Shown here one piece after another: positions 1 through 10,779 of a DNA stretch of 64,000 nt; positions within the stretch are counted from its first letter, which is position 1, and each line of letters starts with the position of its first letter. The position numbers and the translations under genes are program-made. The notes beneath the pieces were generated by a model. That model was not told where the DNA came from, searched no databases, and saw only the letters and a list, made by a program, of their open reading frames with translations. This DNA comes from a bacterium (GTDB lineage Bacteria; Bdellovibrionota_G; JALEGL01), in NCBI GenBank assembly GCA_022763185.1, contig JALEGL010000012.1, forward strand, positions 65,546 through 129,545, read 5' to 3'.

Positions 1-1
1 G

Positions 2-1021
2 AGTGTTTTAGAGCGTTTTTTTGATGATTTTCCGCAAGGAGGAAAGTTATTGATTTTAACCCACGACCATCCTGATCCAGACTCCATTTCAAGTGCAGCG
101 GCTTTAGCTCAAATTGCACAAGTATTGGGTAAAGCAAAGACCACCATTGCCTATGGTGGTATTATTGGTAGAGCTGAAAATGCACACATGGTTAAATACT
201 TAAAGTTAAAGTTGGTTCCGGTTGAAAAAGTTAAGTTTGATAAATACGATAAAATTGCCATGTGTGATACGCAACCGACAACCGGTAACAATGCGCTACC
301 GGATGGGATTACTCCTGATTTGGTGATTGATCATCACCCTAAAATAAAAGCAACCAAAGATGTTCCATTTGTGGATATTCGTTTGGATTATGGAGCTACA
401 GCCAGCATTTTATGTGAATATTTAGACAAATTTGATTTACAAATTGATCAAAGCTTAGCAACAGCATTGCTGTATGGAATTAAATCAGAAACCCAAGACT
501 TGGGTAGAGAAGCTTATGCGGTTGATATTGAAAGTTATTTAAAACTGTTTCCACTGGCCAATAAAAAATTATTATCAAAAATTGTTAACCCAAGAGTATC
601 GGAACAATATTTTAAAGATCTGGTTTACGCTTTGCAAAAAGCGCATTGGGTGGGCAGTGCATTGGTCAGTCATTTATCAGATGTTGATTCTCCAGATATT
701 GTTCCTGAAGTAGCAGACTTGATTTTAAGAGCTGAAGGCTGCAGTTGGGCCTTGTGCACAGGTCAATATGAAGGGAATTTACACTGTTCTATTAGAACAA
801 CCAATGTCAGAAAAGATGCAGGAAAGTTGATGAAAGCATTGATGAAAAGTTTTGGTGGTACCGGCGGCGGACATTTGCTGATAGCCGGTGGTAAAATTGC
901 TGCTCCAGGCATGGAAGCTTGGCAGATCCATGAGTTACAACAACAACTTGAAGAAAAATTTCTTAAAAAAATAAAAAAAATTGATCAAAGTCAGTCTCAA
1001 CTTATTGAGCCAGAGCAATGA
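2..1021 (+). CDS. DHH family phosphoesterase (NrnA-like), 5'-truncated at window edge
   Basis: Motifs THDHPDPD, IDHH and GGGH. The frame is open back to position 2, so the true start lies outside the window. Confidence 0.88.
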   Translation, partial: SVLERFFDDFPQGGKLLILTHDHPDPDSISSAAALAQIAQVLGKAKTTIAYGGIIGRAENAHMVKYLKLKLVPVEKVKFDKYDKIAMCDTQPTTGNNALPDGITPDLVIDHHPKIKATKDVPFVDIRLDYGATASILCEYLDKFDLQIDQSLATALLYGIKSETQDLGREAYAVDIESYLKLFPLANKKLLSKIVNPRVSEQYFKDLVYALQKAHWVGSALVSHLSDVDSPDIVPEVADLILRAEGCSWALCTGQYEGNLHCSIRTTNVRKDAGKLMKALMKSFGGTGGGHLLIAGGKIAAPGMEAWQIHELQQQLEEKFLKKIKKIDQSQSQLIEPEQ

Positions 1022-1040
1022 TTGAATAAAGCGTGAAGAT

Positions 1041-2555
1041 ATGGATTGGCGGCCACTCAAGGAAAAATTAAATGGTGAGTTGTTTTGGCAAGGGCAAACC
1101 TTACAAGACTATGCCTTGGATCAATCTATTTTTTCAATGACTCCTCAGGCGGTTGCTTACCCAAAACACCATCAAGATTTGCAGACAATCATTGAGTTTT
1201 GTCAAAAAAACAAGATCAATATAACTCCCAGAGGAGCAGGATCAGGTGTAGCAGGTCAATCAATAGGGGATGGGATGGTTGTTGATTGTAGCCGATATAT
1301 GAATCAAATTTTTCCGATAAACGAAAGTCATAACTATGTTTGGGTAGAGCCTGGTGTTACCTTGAAAAAACTTAACCAATATTTAAAATCCTATTCCAGA
1401 AAATTTGCCCCCGACCCAGGATCATCGGAGTACTGTACGCTTGGCGGTATGTATGCTTGTAATGCTGCTGGGCCATTAGGACTTAAATATGGCAGTACCA
1501 AAGACCATGTGTTGGCGTTTGATTTATTAAGCAGCGATTTAAGAATAATTAACAGTCAATCTCAAGACAGTTTTTTTTCAAACCTTGTGCAACAGGTACA
1601 GCAATTTTTTTTACATAACAAAATAAAATTAAGTTCTGTCAAAAAAAACTCCAGTGGTTATAATTTTGCAGCCTTACTAGAAGAACCACCAGCAATAGAA
1701 AAATTTTTTGCCGGTACAGAAGGCACTTTGGGCTTTGTGACTCGCTTGCAACTTAAAACGGTTTCTTTGCCTACAGAGCAAAATTTAAAAATTTTTCGTT
1801 TTAATACTATTGAAGATGCTGTAGCAACCGTTAGCGCTATCCTTAATGACTATAAACCCGATGCCTTAGAGCTTTTGGATTCTTGGATTTTAAAGGCTTT
1901 ATCAAAACAATACAATTTTTTTAAAGCAATGATTGAGCATGAAAACAATGTTTTTTTATGTGCGCAATGGGAAACAGATCCAAGTCTATTTAGTAGAAAA
2001 AATAAAAACTTGGATACGGTTTATGAAACAAGCAATGATGATGACATCAAGCAGTTTTGGACCATGCGTAAGCAAGCATCACCCATTTTGCATGAGCTTA
2101 ACAAAGATAGAAAACCTTTACGGTGTATTGAAGATACCGTTGTTCCGCTAGAACTGCTTGAACAATATATCATTGAATTAAAAAAAATTTTAAAAAACTA
2201 CGACTGTTCTGGTCCTATTTTTGGACATATTGGCATGGGTCACGTGCATGTTAATCCATGGATTAAAATAGAAGATAATATAGACATTTATTTAAATCAG
2301 CTCATGCAAGATGTTTATGCCTTAGTGGATAAATACAGTGGAAGTATATCAGGAGAACATGGAGATGGTTTCTTAAGAGCGCCCTACGTGAGTCAATATC
2401 AACAAGAGCTGATGCCTCTGTATAAACAAATAAAGCAACATTTTGACCCTATGAATCTATTTAATCCTGGCAAAGTTTTTGGACCCAACAGATTAAGCAA
2501 AGAAAACTTAAGAGACTTGAAATCTCCATGGAATAATATACAAAGCCATAAATAA
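1041..2555 (+). CDS. FAD-binding oxidoreductase (GlcD/D-lactate dehydrogenase-like)
   Basis: PRGAGSG FAD-binding motif, GTEGTLG, GHIGMGHVH, SGEHGDG and FNPGK. Confidence 0.88.
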   Translation: MDWRPLKEKLNGELFWQGQTLQDYALDQSIFSMTPQAVAYPKHHQDLQTIIEFCQKNKINITPRGAGSGVAGQSIGDGMVVDCSRYMNQIFPINESHNYVWVEPGVTLKKLNQYLKSYSRKFAPDPGSSEYCTLGGMYACNAAGPLGLKYGSTKDHVLAFDLLSSDLRIINSQSQDSFFSNLVQQVQQFFLHNKIKLSSVKKNSSGYNFAALLEEPPAIEKFFAGTEGTLGFVTRLQLKTVSLPTEQNLKIFRFNTIEDAVATVSAILNDYKPDALELLDSWILKALSKQYNFFKAMIEHENNVFLCAQWETDPSLFSRKNKNLDTVYETSNDDDIKQFWTMRKQASPILHELNKDRKPLRCIEDTVVPLELLEQYIIELKKILKNYDCSGPIFGHIGMGHVHVNPWIKIEDNIDIYLNQLMQDVYALVDKYSGSISGEHGDGFLRAPYVSQYQQELMPLYKQIKQHFDPMNLFNPGKVFGPNRLSKENLRDLKSPWNNIQSHK

Positions 2556-2674
2556 CTCTGCAAGATGAAGATTTATGGATTTTTTACTAATAGAGATTAA
2601 AGTATAAGTCTCTTTACAGCTCATAAAAAGTAGCTTGCGCAAAAGTATTTAAATTATAAAAGAGTGGAGTAGAT

Positions 2675-3256
2675 ATGCCTGTATGGATGTTGATTGTTGA
2701 ATGGTTAGCCAGACTTGTTCTGCTGCTTTTGCTTTGTTTATCGGTTTGGTCAATTGCCATTATGTTTGATCGTAAAAAATACTTTTCACGTATTTTAAAA
2801 GATTTACCCAAGGCAAATTGGGATAAAGAATTAAAAAATTTAGATCACAGTACCATGCAAACTTCTGATAAACTTTGGCACAGAGCGTATGCATTTATAG
2901 CTAAAGAAAAGCAAGAACAGAAAATAGAAAAAGCCTTTGAAACATTCACCTTGCAAGAAAAGCCAACTATGAACAAAGGCCTTTCTGTCTTAGGAACTCT
3001 GGGGGCTACAGCACCGTTTATAGGTTTGTTTGGAACAGTTTTGGGTATCATCAATGCCTTTGGGGATTTATCCATTAACTCACAAAATACCAATAAAATC
3101 ATGTTTCTTTTGGCTGAAGCCCTTATTCTGACTGCAGTAGGTTTGTTGGTGGCTATTCCTGCCGTGATTGCATTTAACTACTTCAAACAAAAAATGAATA
3201 TGGTTTTAGAGCGTCTTGTGGCCATGAAGAATACCTATCAAAACTCACAGGAGTAA
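2675..3256 (+). CDS. exbB: MotA/TolQ/ExbB proton channel protein
   Basis: [15 protein letters not shown] and [12 protein letters not shown] motifs; first gene of the TonB operon. Confidence 0.88.
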   Translation: MPVWMLIVEWLARLVLLLLLCLSVWSIAIMFDRKKYFSRILKDLPKANWDKELKNLDHSTMQTSDKLWHRAYAFIAKEKQEQKIEKAFETFTLQEKPTMNKGLSVLGTLGATAPFIGLFGTVLGIINAFGDLSINSQNTNKIMFLLAEALILTAVGLLVAIPAVIAFNYFKQKMNMVLERLVAMKNTYQNSQE

Positions 3257-3262
3257 ATTTTT

Positions 3263-3670
3263 ATGGCAATGCAAGTGAATGACAATGATGAAGGTTTGTT
3301 TGAGATCAACATTACACCTTTTGTGGATGTGGTTTTGGTGTTGCTGGTTATTTTTATGGTAACCGCTCCAATGATGGTACAGCAAGCCTTAGAGGTTAAC
3401 TTGCCGCAAACACAGACAGCAGATGCAATTCAAAAAACAACCTTGTCTGTGGGTATTACAGCCAACAATCAATACTTACTTAATGGAAAATTGATGACCT
3501 TACAAACAATCAATGAACAAGCTCAAAAAGCGTTTGAAGAGTCCAAAAATGTACAAGTTATTTTTGCAGCGGACTTGGATTCAAAACATGAGGCAGTGGT
3601 TAAAGCCATGGATGTTTTAAGGCAAACTGGGATTACGCAATTTGCTTTTCAGGTGATTAAAAAAGACTAA
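3263..3670 (+). CDS. exbD: ExbD/TolR biopolymer transporter
   Basis: INITPFVDVVLVLLVIFMVTAP with the canonical TM Asp. Confidence 0.9.
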   Translation: MAMQVNDNDEGLFEINITPFVDVVLVLLVIFMVTAPMMVQQALEVNLPQTQTADAIQKTTLSVGITANNQYLLNGKLMTLQTINEQAQKAFEESKNVQVIFAADLDSKHEAVVKAMDVLRQTGITQFAFQVIKKD

Positions 3671-3672
3671 TA

Positions 3673-4335
3673 ATGCGCGAAGCTTTAAAAAAATCATTAT
3701 GGCTTCATGCTTTGTTGGTGGGGCCGGTAACTGTTCTTGTAGTATTACAAAGTATGGTGAGAGTCCCTGTTTTAGATAAAGTTGAGTTTGAAGTCATCGA
3801 AAAAACCATTTCCAGTGATAAAAAAATTGTCAAAATTGAAGAACAAGAAGTCAACTCAGTCAAACAAAATGAAAAACAAGAACGCATCTTTGAACAACCG
3901 GTAAAAGAGGTGTTTGGTTTGCAAAAAGACACCTTACTTGATGAAGGTTCCAATGCCGATAACACGGTATCCATTAAAAAAGGCAATACAGTTTTAAAAG
4001 AACAAGATAATGAGATTGCAGAAAATGATGATCCCTTGCCTGTGCCAAAACCAGAATACATGGTGACACAGATGCCCATACTTATTAAAAAAGTTACGCC
4101 GGTATATCCAAAAAAGGCTAAAGACAGTGGCTTTGAAACCACAGTTGAACTGAATGTTCTTATAGACGAAAAAGGAATTGTTAGGCTAGTAAAGCTTGTT
4201 GACGATCCCGGTATGGGGATAGGTCAGGCAGCGATTGAGGCCATGAGACAATTTAAATTTAAGCCTGCAAAAATAGCGGGAAAACCTGTAGCAGTGGAGA
4301 TAAGGTATGAAATTGAGTTTGAAATTAATTCCTAA
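3673..4335 (+). CDS. tonB: Energy transducer TonB
   Basis: N-terminal TM with SxxxH, and a TonB C-terminal domain (PVYP...FKFKPA...GKPV). Confidence 0.88.
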   Translation: MREALKKSLWLHALLVGPVTVLVVLQSMVRVPVLDKVEFEVIEKTISSDKKIVKIEEQEVNSVKQNEKQERIFEQPVKEVFGLQKDTLLDEGSNADNTVSIKKGNTVLKEQDNEIAENDDPLPVPKPEYMVTQMPILIKKVTPVYPKKAKDSGFETTVELNVLIDEKGIVRLVKLVDDPGMGIGQAAIEAMRQFKFKPAKIAGKPVAVEIRYEIEFEINS

Positions 4336-6733
4336 AATGTGCTTCTATTTAGTTCTCATGCAAACGCAGCTTATTTTTACGCAAGAAATTACTGAGCCAA
4401 ATATTAAAGTTGATTCACAGCTTGATCTGACAAACACTGTAAAAAACGACAATACTGTGCAAAAACTTTTATCGGGCGATGAAAAAAAAGCCAATAGCAA
4501 TGATGATGTTACAAACGAAAATGTTACAGTTAAAGATTTGTCCTGCTCAGCTACATTTATATTGAAAGAAAAGGGAACTAGAAAACCACTTGTTAAGTCG
4601 AATATGTACCTTCTTCCAGAAGGACGCAAAGAAGTTTCTGATGAAAAAGGTCAAGTATTTTTTGAGGCAATTGTATGTGGCAGCCGGTCGTGGGTTGTTA
4701 ACATTTCAGGATATAAAAGACTCGATATTAATAAAAACATTTCTCAAGGGAAAAAAACCACAACTACATTGTATATAGAGCCTGTCCAAGACAAGGTATA
4801 TAGAATGGTTGTGACGACAGATGCCAATAAAAGAGATGGCTCAAAAAGAACCATAGATCAGGACAAGTTTATTAAGGCCATTGGTTCAAGAGGTGACCCA
4901 ATTGTTGCTTTAGAAAATGAACCCGGCTTTAGTGGTTTCTCAGACCAGGGTGGTATTATTTTACAAGGTGCAGACCCTGAGGATACACGGTTTTATGTCA
5001 ATGGCCATGAAATTCCATTGATATTTCACAGTTTGGGTTTTTCTTCTGTTTTTGTTCCTGAGTCAATTCAGTCCGTTGATTTATTAACTGCCGGTTTTGG
5101 TAGTGAATATGGGCGGACCGTTGGTGGTAATATTAATCTAACAACACGAGACCCTAAATTGGATAGATTGCATGGTATGGCCTATGTTGATCTTCTAAAT
5201 GCTGGAGCTCTGGTTCAAGGCCCTTTAGATAAAGATAAAAAGCATAGTTTTTGGCTTGGAGGGCGGGTAAGTTACATTGGACCTGTATTTAATTTGGTTA
5301 CCGGTGATGATGATAATGTTCAGTTTAATACCGTCCCTCAATTTTTTGACTTGCAAGCCAATTACCAATGGAAAATTAATGAACAATGGACCTTTGATGT
5401 TTTAGGTTTTGGTGCGCAAGATGTTTTACGATTGAGAATTAAAGATAACGAAGACCCTAGCTTAAGAGGGGATATCAGTTTTAAAACAGCATTTTACCGA
5501 TTTATTCCTCGCATACGGTACAGTTATGGAGAAAAAAATAGTGTATCTCTATCAACTGCACATGGCTTAGACTTTATTAATCAAGAGTTGGATGACTTTT
5601 TTTTTGATGCCACCAACTATGCTCCAACCATAAGAGGGGAGTGGCAACATCATTGGCATGATCAATTCAATACAGTTTTGGGTCTTGATACTAAGTTTAC
5701 GCATTTTAAGGCAGATTTAAGTGTTCCTTCAGGGACATTTCAAAACTCAGAAAGTGATGCTGTTCCGGAAGCCTTAAGAGATGTAATTACAAAAACAATT
5801 GATGAAAAGTTTTGGGATTTGGGAGCCTATACACGATTTAATCTTAGTACAGAAAATCAAACATGGTTATTTTCACCCAATGTGCGCTTTGATTATTCTG
5901 AGCTAACCGATGAGTTTCATATTTCACCTCGTTTGGAAATTAGAAAAAAATTAAATCCTATTTGGACCTTACGTGCAGCCAGTGGCTTTTATTATCAAAC
6001 ACCACAAGCTCCTGAAGTTGAAGCCTCTTTTGGTAATCCGGATTTAAAAGATGTAAAATCTATTCATTACGCTTTGGGTGTTTTGTTTGATACGCGTATT
6101 GATAAAACAACGGGGCTGTTTGGGGATATGACTCTGTTTTACAGAGACATCAGTAATGTTGTTGTAGATACCGATGAATTGATTGATCGCAATGGCGTGC
6201 TTGAGCCTTTAAGGTATACCAATGGCGGAGACGGCTATGCGGCAGGTGCTCAGTGGGCTCTAAATTATAAACATAAAAAATTTGAGTCGGCGTTATCGTA
6301 CACTTTGTTATGGAGTGAAAGAAAAGAAGAGGGAGAAGAGTTTAGACCTACCAATGGCGATCAACGTCATAACTTTAATATGCGTACACGGGTGTACTTA
6401 AATAATTGGGAGCTTTCAGCACGTTTACGTTATGTTTCTGGAGCAAGACATACACCAATTGTGGATGCTTACTATGATTTAGATAATGACATTTACATTC
6501 CTATTGAAGGTATTGAAAACTCTGAAAGAGTTCCTGACACGTTTCAACTGGATTTAAGAGCCGATAGAAAATGGCGTTTTGATCAGTGGATCATGTCTTT
6601 GTATATTGATATCTTAAATGTAACCAACCGTAAAAATGGTTTTGATTACGATTACAGTTTTGACTATTCATCAAGAGAAGTGGCAGCAGGTATTCCAGTA
6701 TTGCCAACCTTTGGTATAAAAGGAGAATTTTAA
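4307..6733 (+). CDS. TonB-dependent receptor with N-terminal carboxypeptidase-regulatory-like domain
   Basis: Plug-like region (GFGSEYGRTVGGNINL), beta-barrel periodicity, C-terminal LNVTN...GIKGEF; lies in the TonB operon. Confidence 0.88.
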   Translation: MKLSLKLIPKMCFYLVLMQTQLIFTQEITEPNIKVDSQLDLTNTVKNDNTVQKLLSGDEKKANSNDDVTNENVTVKDLSCSATFILKEKGTRKPLVKSNMYLLPEGRKEVSDEKGQVFFEAIVCGSRSWVVNISGYKRLDINKNISQGKKTTTTLYIEPVQDKVYRMVVTTDANKRDGSKRTIDQDKFIKAIGSRGDPIVALENEPGFSGFSDQGGIILQGADPEDTRFYVNGHEIPLIFHSLGFSSVFVPESIQSVDLLTAGFGSEYGRTVGGNINLTTRDPKLDRLHGMAYVDLLNAGALVQGPLDKDKKHSFWLGGRVSYIGPVFNLVTGDDDNVQFNTVPQFFDLQANYQWKINEQWTFDVLGFGAQDVLRLRIKDNEDPSLRGDISFKTAFYRFIPRIRYSYGEKNSVSLSTAHGLDFINQELDDFFFDATNYAPTIRGEWQHHWHDQFNTVLGLDTKFTHFKADLSVPSGTFQNSESDAVPEALRDVITKTIDEKFWDLGAYTRFNLSTENQTWLFSPNVRFDYSELTDEFHISPRLEIRKKLNPIWTLRAASGFYYQTPQAPEVEASFGNPDLKDVKSIHYALGVLFDTRIDKTTGLFGDMTLFYRDISNVVVDTDELIDRNGVLEPLRYTNGGDGYAAGAQWALNYKHKKFESALSYTLLWSERKEEGEEFRPTNGDQRHNFNMRTRVYLNNWELSARLRYVSGARHTPIVDAYYDLDNDIYIPIEGIENSERVPDTFQLDLRADRKWRFDQWIMSLYIDILNVTNRKNGFDYDYSFDYSSREVAAGIPVLPTFGIKGEF

Positions 6734-7566
6734 TGCAACAAAATAAATTATATATCTTATTATTAGGACTATGCTTTTTATTTTCGTGTGAAAGAGTGGA
6801 AGTAGATTTTTTTAATCTTGGCGAGTTTAGATTAATGGCGGTGATTGCAGATCAACCAGAAGTGGATGCCAGTATAAATAATACAGTAACACTAACCCCA
6901 TGGATCAGCGATGTTGATGCTCAAGGCAGATTGGTATCATTGGATATTGTTGCTTGTTTAGATCCGGGTATTGGTTTGGGCGTAGAGCCAACCTGTCAAA
7001 GCAGTGACCCTACCTATCAGCAGATAGCCTATACTGATTTTGATACCAACACCTTAAGTGCTCAATACTTTAGTGGTGCCATGGATAGCTTTGATGTTTC
7101 CATACCTGCAGGTTTGCTGAGCATGCTGGATGCAGAAACACAATTTAATGGTGTAGACTATATCGTTTCAATGGTTTTTACTGCTGGCGATGCTGAAATT
7201 AAATCTGTCAAACGCATTAAGCTTTCAAGCAATCCAAGTCCCAATCAAAATCCAGCTTTTGAAGATATCTTGGTTGATGGGAGTGATTCGATGATGATCA
7301 ATGATGGGAGTGAAATTGGTTTTACGATTCAAACAGGTTTTGAACCAGAAAATTACCAAGAATACGATACTGAAGGAACGTTGCAAAACCAAACAGAAAA
7401 CTATTTGGTGACATGGTTTGTTTCTGGGGGAGTGTTGCGCTTTTCAAGAACAGAGCCGGGTCAAGATAACGAGTTTACACTGGATGACAGTGTGTCAGGA
7501 GAGCCGTTTGTTTTTGGTATATTAAGAGATAATCGTGGCGGCGCGGATATCATGTTTAAAGACTGA
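6733..7566 (+). CDS. Lipoprotein associated with the TonB-dependent receptor
   Basis: Lipobox LFSC; start overlaps the TBDR stop; RLMAVIADQPE and RDNRGG motifs resemble myxobacterial TBDR partner lipoproteins. Confidence 0.65.
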   Translation: MQQNKLYILLLGLCFLFSCERVEVDFFNLGEFRLMAVIADQPEVDASINNTVTLTPWISDVDAQGRLVSLDIVACLDPGIGLGVEPTCQSSDPTYQQIAYTDFDTNTLSAQYFSGAMDSFDVSIPAGLLSMLDAETQFNGVDYIVSMVFTAGDAEIKSVKRIKLSSNPSPNQNPAFEDILVDGSDSMMINDGSEIGFTIQTGFEPENYQEYDTEGTLQNQTENYLVTWFVSGGVLRFSRTEPGQDNEFTLDDSVSGEPFVFGILRDNRGGADIMFKD

Positions 7567-7567
7567 T

Positions 7568-8527
7568 ATGCAGAAAGTTATTATTGACACAGACCCAGGG
7601 ATTGATGATTTTTTAGCCATTGCTGTTGCACAAGAAGCAAAAGCAATTGATCTTTTAGCCTTAACCACAGTCTTTGGTAATGTTAGAATTGAACAGACCA
7701 CACAAAATGCTTGTTACATTGCGGGACTTTTTGATCATTCCTTTAAAGTCATTCAAGGTGCACAAAGCCCACTTGATAAAAGTATTTCTGGAAAACGTGA
7801 TTCCAGTATGTTTCATGCCAAAGATGGCTTGGGCAATATTATCCATAATAAAAAAATCAATCTAGATCATATTGTACCGTCATTAACGGCTGCCCAATAC
7901 ATTGTTAATAAGGCCAATGAATTGAAAGGTGAATTAAATTTAATTAGCTTAGGTGCTTTAACCAATATTGCTATGGCTCTGGAGTTAGATCCAGACTTAC
8001 CTAAAAAAATTAAACAAGTGGTGTGTATGGGAGGAGCGGTGCTTACGCAAGGCAATGCGACACCCGCGGCAGAGTTTAATTTTTGGAGTGACCCTTTAGC
8101 AGCAGATAAAGTTATATCTGCTGGCTTTAATTTGCACTTGGTCGGTTTGGATGTAACCCAAAAAATTGTATTGGACGATGTGTTTTTTGATGAAATGAAA
8201 ACAATCAAAAAACCATTTATCAATGATTTGTATGAGGCTTGTCAGTTTTATTCCCAGTCATACAAAGAAAAGGTGAAAATTGCAGGTTGCAGGTGCCATG
8301 ATCCATCAGCTGTGATGTACTTTTTAAAACCAGAACTGTTTAACTGTATCACAGGAGCAACAAGGGTTTTAAGTGAAGGTATAGGTGCAGGACAAACCAT
8401 TCTTGACCAAAACTCTAAGCATAGTAGTCAAAAACATGCTTGGACCAATATTCAACCTATAATAGCAGCAGTAGAGGTCAAGTCAGAATTAGTAAAAACC
8501 AATATTTTACAGATATTAAACGCCTAA
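7568..8527 (+). CDS. Inosine/uridine-preferring nucleoside hydrolase
   Basis: DTDPGIDD, AEFNFWSDP and CHDP motifs; start moved to ATG 7568. Confidence 0.92.
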   Translation: MQKVIIDTDPGIDDFLAIAVAQEAKAIDLLALTTVFGNVRIEQTTQNACYIAGLFDHSFKVIQGAQSPLDKSISGKRDSSMFHAKDGLGNIIHNKKINLDHIVPSLTAAQYIVNKANELKGELNLISLGALTNIAMALELDPDLPKKIKQVVCMGGAVLTQGNATPAAEFNFWSDPLAADKVISAGFNLHLVGLDVTQKIVLDDVFFDEMKTIKKPFINDLYEACQFYSQSYKEKVKIAGCRCHDPSAVMYFLKPELFNCITGATRVLSEGIGAGQTILDQNSKHSSQKHAWTNIQPIIAAVEVKSELVKTNILQILNA

Positions 8528-8599
8528 GTTAAATCAATATATACAGAGCTAGTGGTTAAGGCTGCTATGGTTTTCTTTGAAAGCATTAAGCAAAAAAAA

Positions 8600-9016
8600 T
8601 TATTGGATATAACAAGCTCCACTATTAATATAGTGCCTAAGGGTATCTAAAGCATCCGACAGCACTAAATTTTCTGTGTTTGGTGTAGATACAATACGTG
8701 CTATTTCAGTTTTATTTTCATAGTAGTCTGAAAGATAAAATTTTTGAGGTTCTTCTGACCGAACAGAAACTTGATAGTAAGAATGGTTACCGAGTATGGA
8801 TTTAATAAATTGAATGTAACAAGAAAAATGGAAACTAGGACCTAATGTTGGATGAACTTCTTTGTATTGGTGACCAATACCTATTTGCGCAAGACTAAAA
8901 AGATCTTGATCACACATTGACATTAATTTATTAACTTCTTCAGATATATTGTGTTGAGCATATGTTGTACCAAGCATTAAACTTAAAACTAAACTTAAAA
9001 AAATTTTATTCATCAT
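8600..9016 (-). CDS. Hypothetical secreted protein
   Basis: Sec signal peptide (TYA/Q); no recognisable domain. Confidence 0.6.
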   Translation of the reverse strand: MMNKIFLSLVLSLMLGTTYAQHNISEEVNKLMSMCDQDLFSLAQIGIGHQYKEVHPTLGPSFHFSCYIQFIKSILGNHSYYQVSVRSEEPQKFYLSDYYENKTEIARIVSTPNTENLVLSDALDTLRHYINSGACYIQ

Positions 9017-9058
9017 ACCCTGTTTCTGTTTATTAAATTAATCAACGCTTTGAGCTAT

Positions 9059-10072
9059 TCACTGTTTTGGTAAGCCAATTTCAAGCATTTTTTCTACAGA
9101 TTTTAAGGCTTTCAACCTCACATCTTCTTCAACGGTTATTTTAAAACGATCGTGCTTTAATGAATCTAAAACGCTGTTGAGGTTGGTCACTTTCATGTAA
9201 GGACATGCGCAGGATTGGTCACAGCTTTTATGTTGATAAATAGGATGAATCTCTTTATCCGGGCAGATTTTTTGGGCTTTTTGAATCAAGCCAATTTCTG
9301 TACCAATGATAAATTTTTGTTCAGGGCTGTCTTTAACAAAATCCAACATTTGACTGGTGCTTAAAACGGCATCAGCTTTGGCTACCACGTCTGGATTACA
9401 CTCAGGATGAACAATAATGACGGCATCAGGATGCAGTTCAATGGTTTTTTCAAGCATATCTAGGCTAACGGCTTTGTGAACAGGGCAGTAGCCTTGCCAA
9501 GGAATGATTTTTTTATTGGACCCCTTGGCTTTAAGGGTTTTGCTGACCCAGTCAGCCAAATTTGCATCAGGACCAAAGAGTATGGTGTCGCTGGGCATGT
9601 TCTCAACAATATGCAGGGCATTGGAGCTGGTGCAACATACATCCGCTTCAGCTTTAACATCTGCACTACAATTGATATACATCACCGTATCTGCGCCAGG
9701 GTTTTCAGCTTTCCATTGCTTTAACTGTTCACCGGTTATTTCATCTGCCAATCCACAGCCAGCTTCAGTTTCAGGTAATAATACGGTTTTATCTGGATTA
9801 AGAATATAAGCTGTTTCAGCCATAAAACGTACACCACAAAATACAATGGTGTCACAGTCTACTTCTGTGGCCATTTTAGATAAGCCATAGGAATCTCCGA
9901 TTTTATCGGCAATGTCATGGATTTCTGGTTTTTGATAATTGTGAGCTAAAATAAGCGCGTTTTTTTCTTTTTTTAAGCGCTCAATCTCAGCAATAAGGTC
10001 CTGACTGGACAGAGCTGTTTGCTCAATGTCTTGTTTGGAAGGAATATCTTCAAAGTATTTTAACTCAATCAT
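9059..10072 (-). CDS. nadA: Quinolinate synthase
   Basis: LAHNYQ, FCGVRFMAE, CPVH, HPEC and CPYMK motifs. Confidence 0.96.
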   Translation of the reverse strand: MIELKYFEDIPSKQDIEQTALSSQDLIAEIERLKKEKNALILAHNYQKPEIHDIADKIGDSYGLSKMATEVDCDTIVFCGVRFMAETAYILNPDKTVLLPETEAGCGLADEITGEQLKQWKAENPGADTVMYINCSADVKAEADVCCTSSNALHIVENMPSDTILFGPDANLADWVSKTLKAKGSNKKIIPWQGYCPVHKAVSLDMLEKTIELHPDAVIIVHPECNPDVVAKADAVLSTSQMLDFVKDSPEQKFIIGTEIGLIQKAQKICPDKEIHPIYQHKSCDQSCACPYMKVTNLNSVLDSLKHDRFKITVEEDVRLKALKSVEKMLEIGLPKQ

Positions 10073-10106
10073 GCGGCCAATATAGCTCTAATTGGCAAAA
10101 GGTCAA
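10073..10106 (-). promoter_or_regulatory. Sigma-70-type promoter of nadA, predicted leaderless
   Basis: TTGACC-N16-TATATT-N6-ATG on the minus strand; no SD sequence. Confidence 0.55.
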
Positions 10107-10110
10107 CTCA

Positions 10111-10191
10111 AAAGGTACCTAAAGGTAGCCGGTTACTATAGGAACTCATCACAAACAAAGGTACCCAAAGTAACCGGCTACCTTTGGCTAC
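10111..10191. repeat. REP-like doublet (two inverted imperfect palindromes)
   Basis: AAAGGTAGCCGGTTAC (10121-10136) and its exact reverse complement GTAACCGGCTACCTTT (10170-10185); both units begin with AAAGGTACC. Confidence 0.75.
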
Positions 10192-10746
10192 TTATTCAAA
10201 GGTATCGTGTTTTTTTAGCGCAATTTGAAGGAGTCTTGGAATATAGTCCATTAAAATTTTGATTTCTCCGACAACAACTAAAACAAGAATCCATTGATGG
10301 TATATTGAATTTAAAAATGCTTCAGGGGCATACAGTGGGATTAAAATGTAAATAAAGGTCACAGCCGTAATATATTTGGGCAGAAGTTTAGGTTTAACTT
10401 TAAATAAACGCTTAAGCCACCAGGATAAAATGGGAACGGACATCAATTGGGAAAAGTTTCGGATTAAAACAATGAAGGCAAGCCACCAGGGTATGAAATG
10501 ATTGATGTACAAAAAGCTATAATAAAAACAAGCAAAGGCTTTATCGGCAATGGGGTCAAGTAAAGCCCCTAAGTCACTGCACACATCGTATTTTCTGGCT
10601 AGATAGCCATCAAAGAAATCACTTAGCATTGAAAAAACTAAAACTATCAAGGCCAGATTAAAAGATTGATGATGATAAAAGTAAATAAAAACAGGAAAGA
10701 GAAGGACTCTTAAAAGACTTAAAGTGTTAGGAATATAAGCTATCAT
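10192..10746 (-). CDS. CDP-alcohol phosphatidyltransferase (PgsA-like)
   Basis: PNxLSxxR and DFFDGYLARK...GALLDPIADK motif. Confidence 0.9.
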   Translation of the reverse strand: MIAYIPNTLSLLRVLLFPVFIYFYHHQSFNLALIVLVFSMLSDFFDGYLARKYDVCSDLGALLDPIADKAFACFYYSFLYINHFIPWWLAFIVLIRNFSQLMSVPILSWWLKRLFKVKPKLLPKYITAVTFIYILIPLYAPEAFLNSIYHQWILVLVVVGEIKILMDYIPRLLQIALKKHDTFE

Positions 10747-10779
10747 AAGGTATCTGTTAGCTTATATAGGATAAACATA

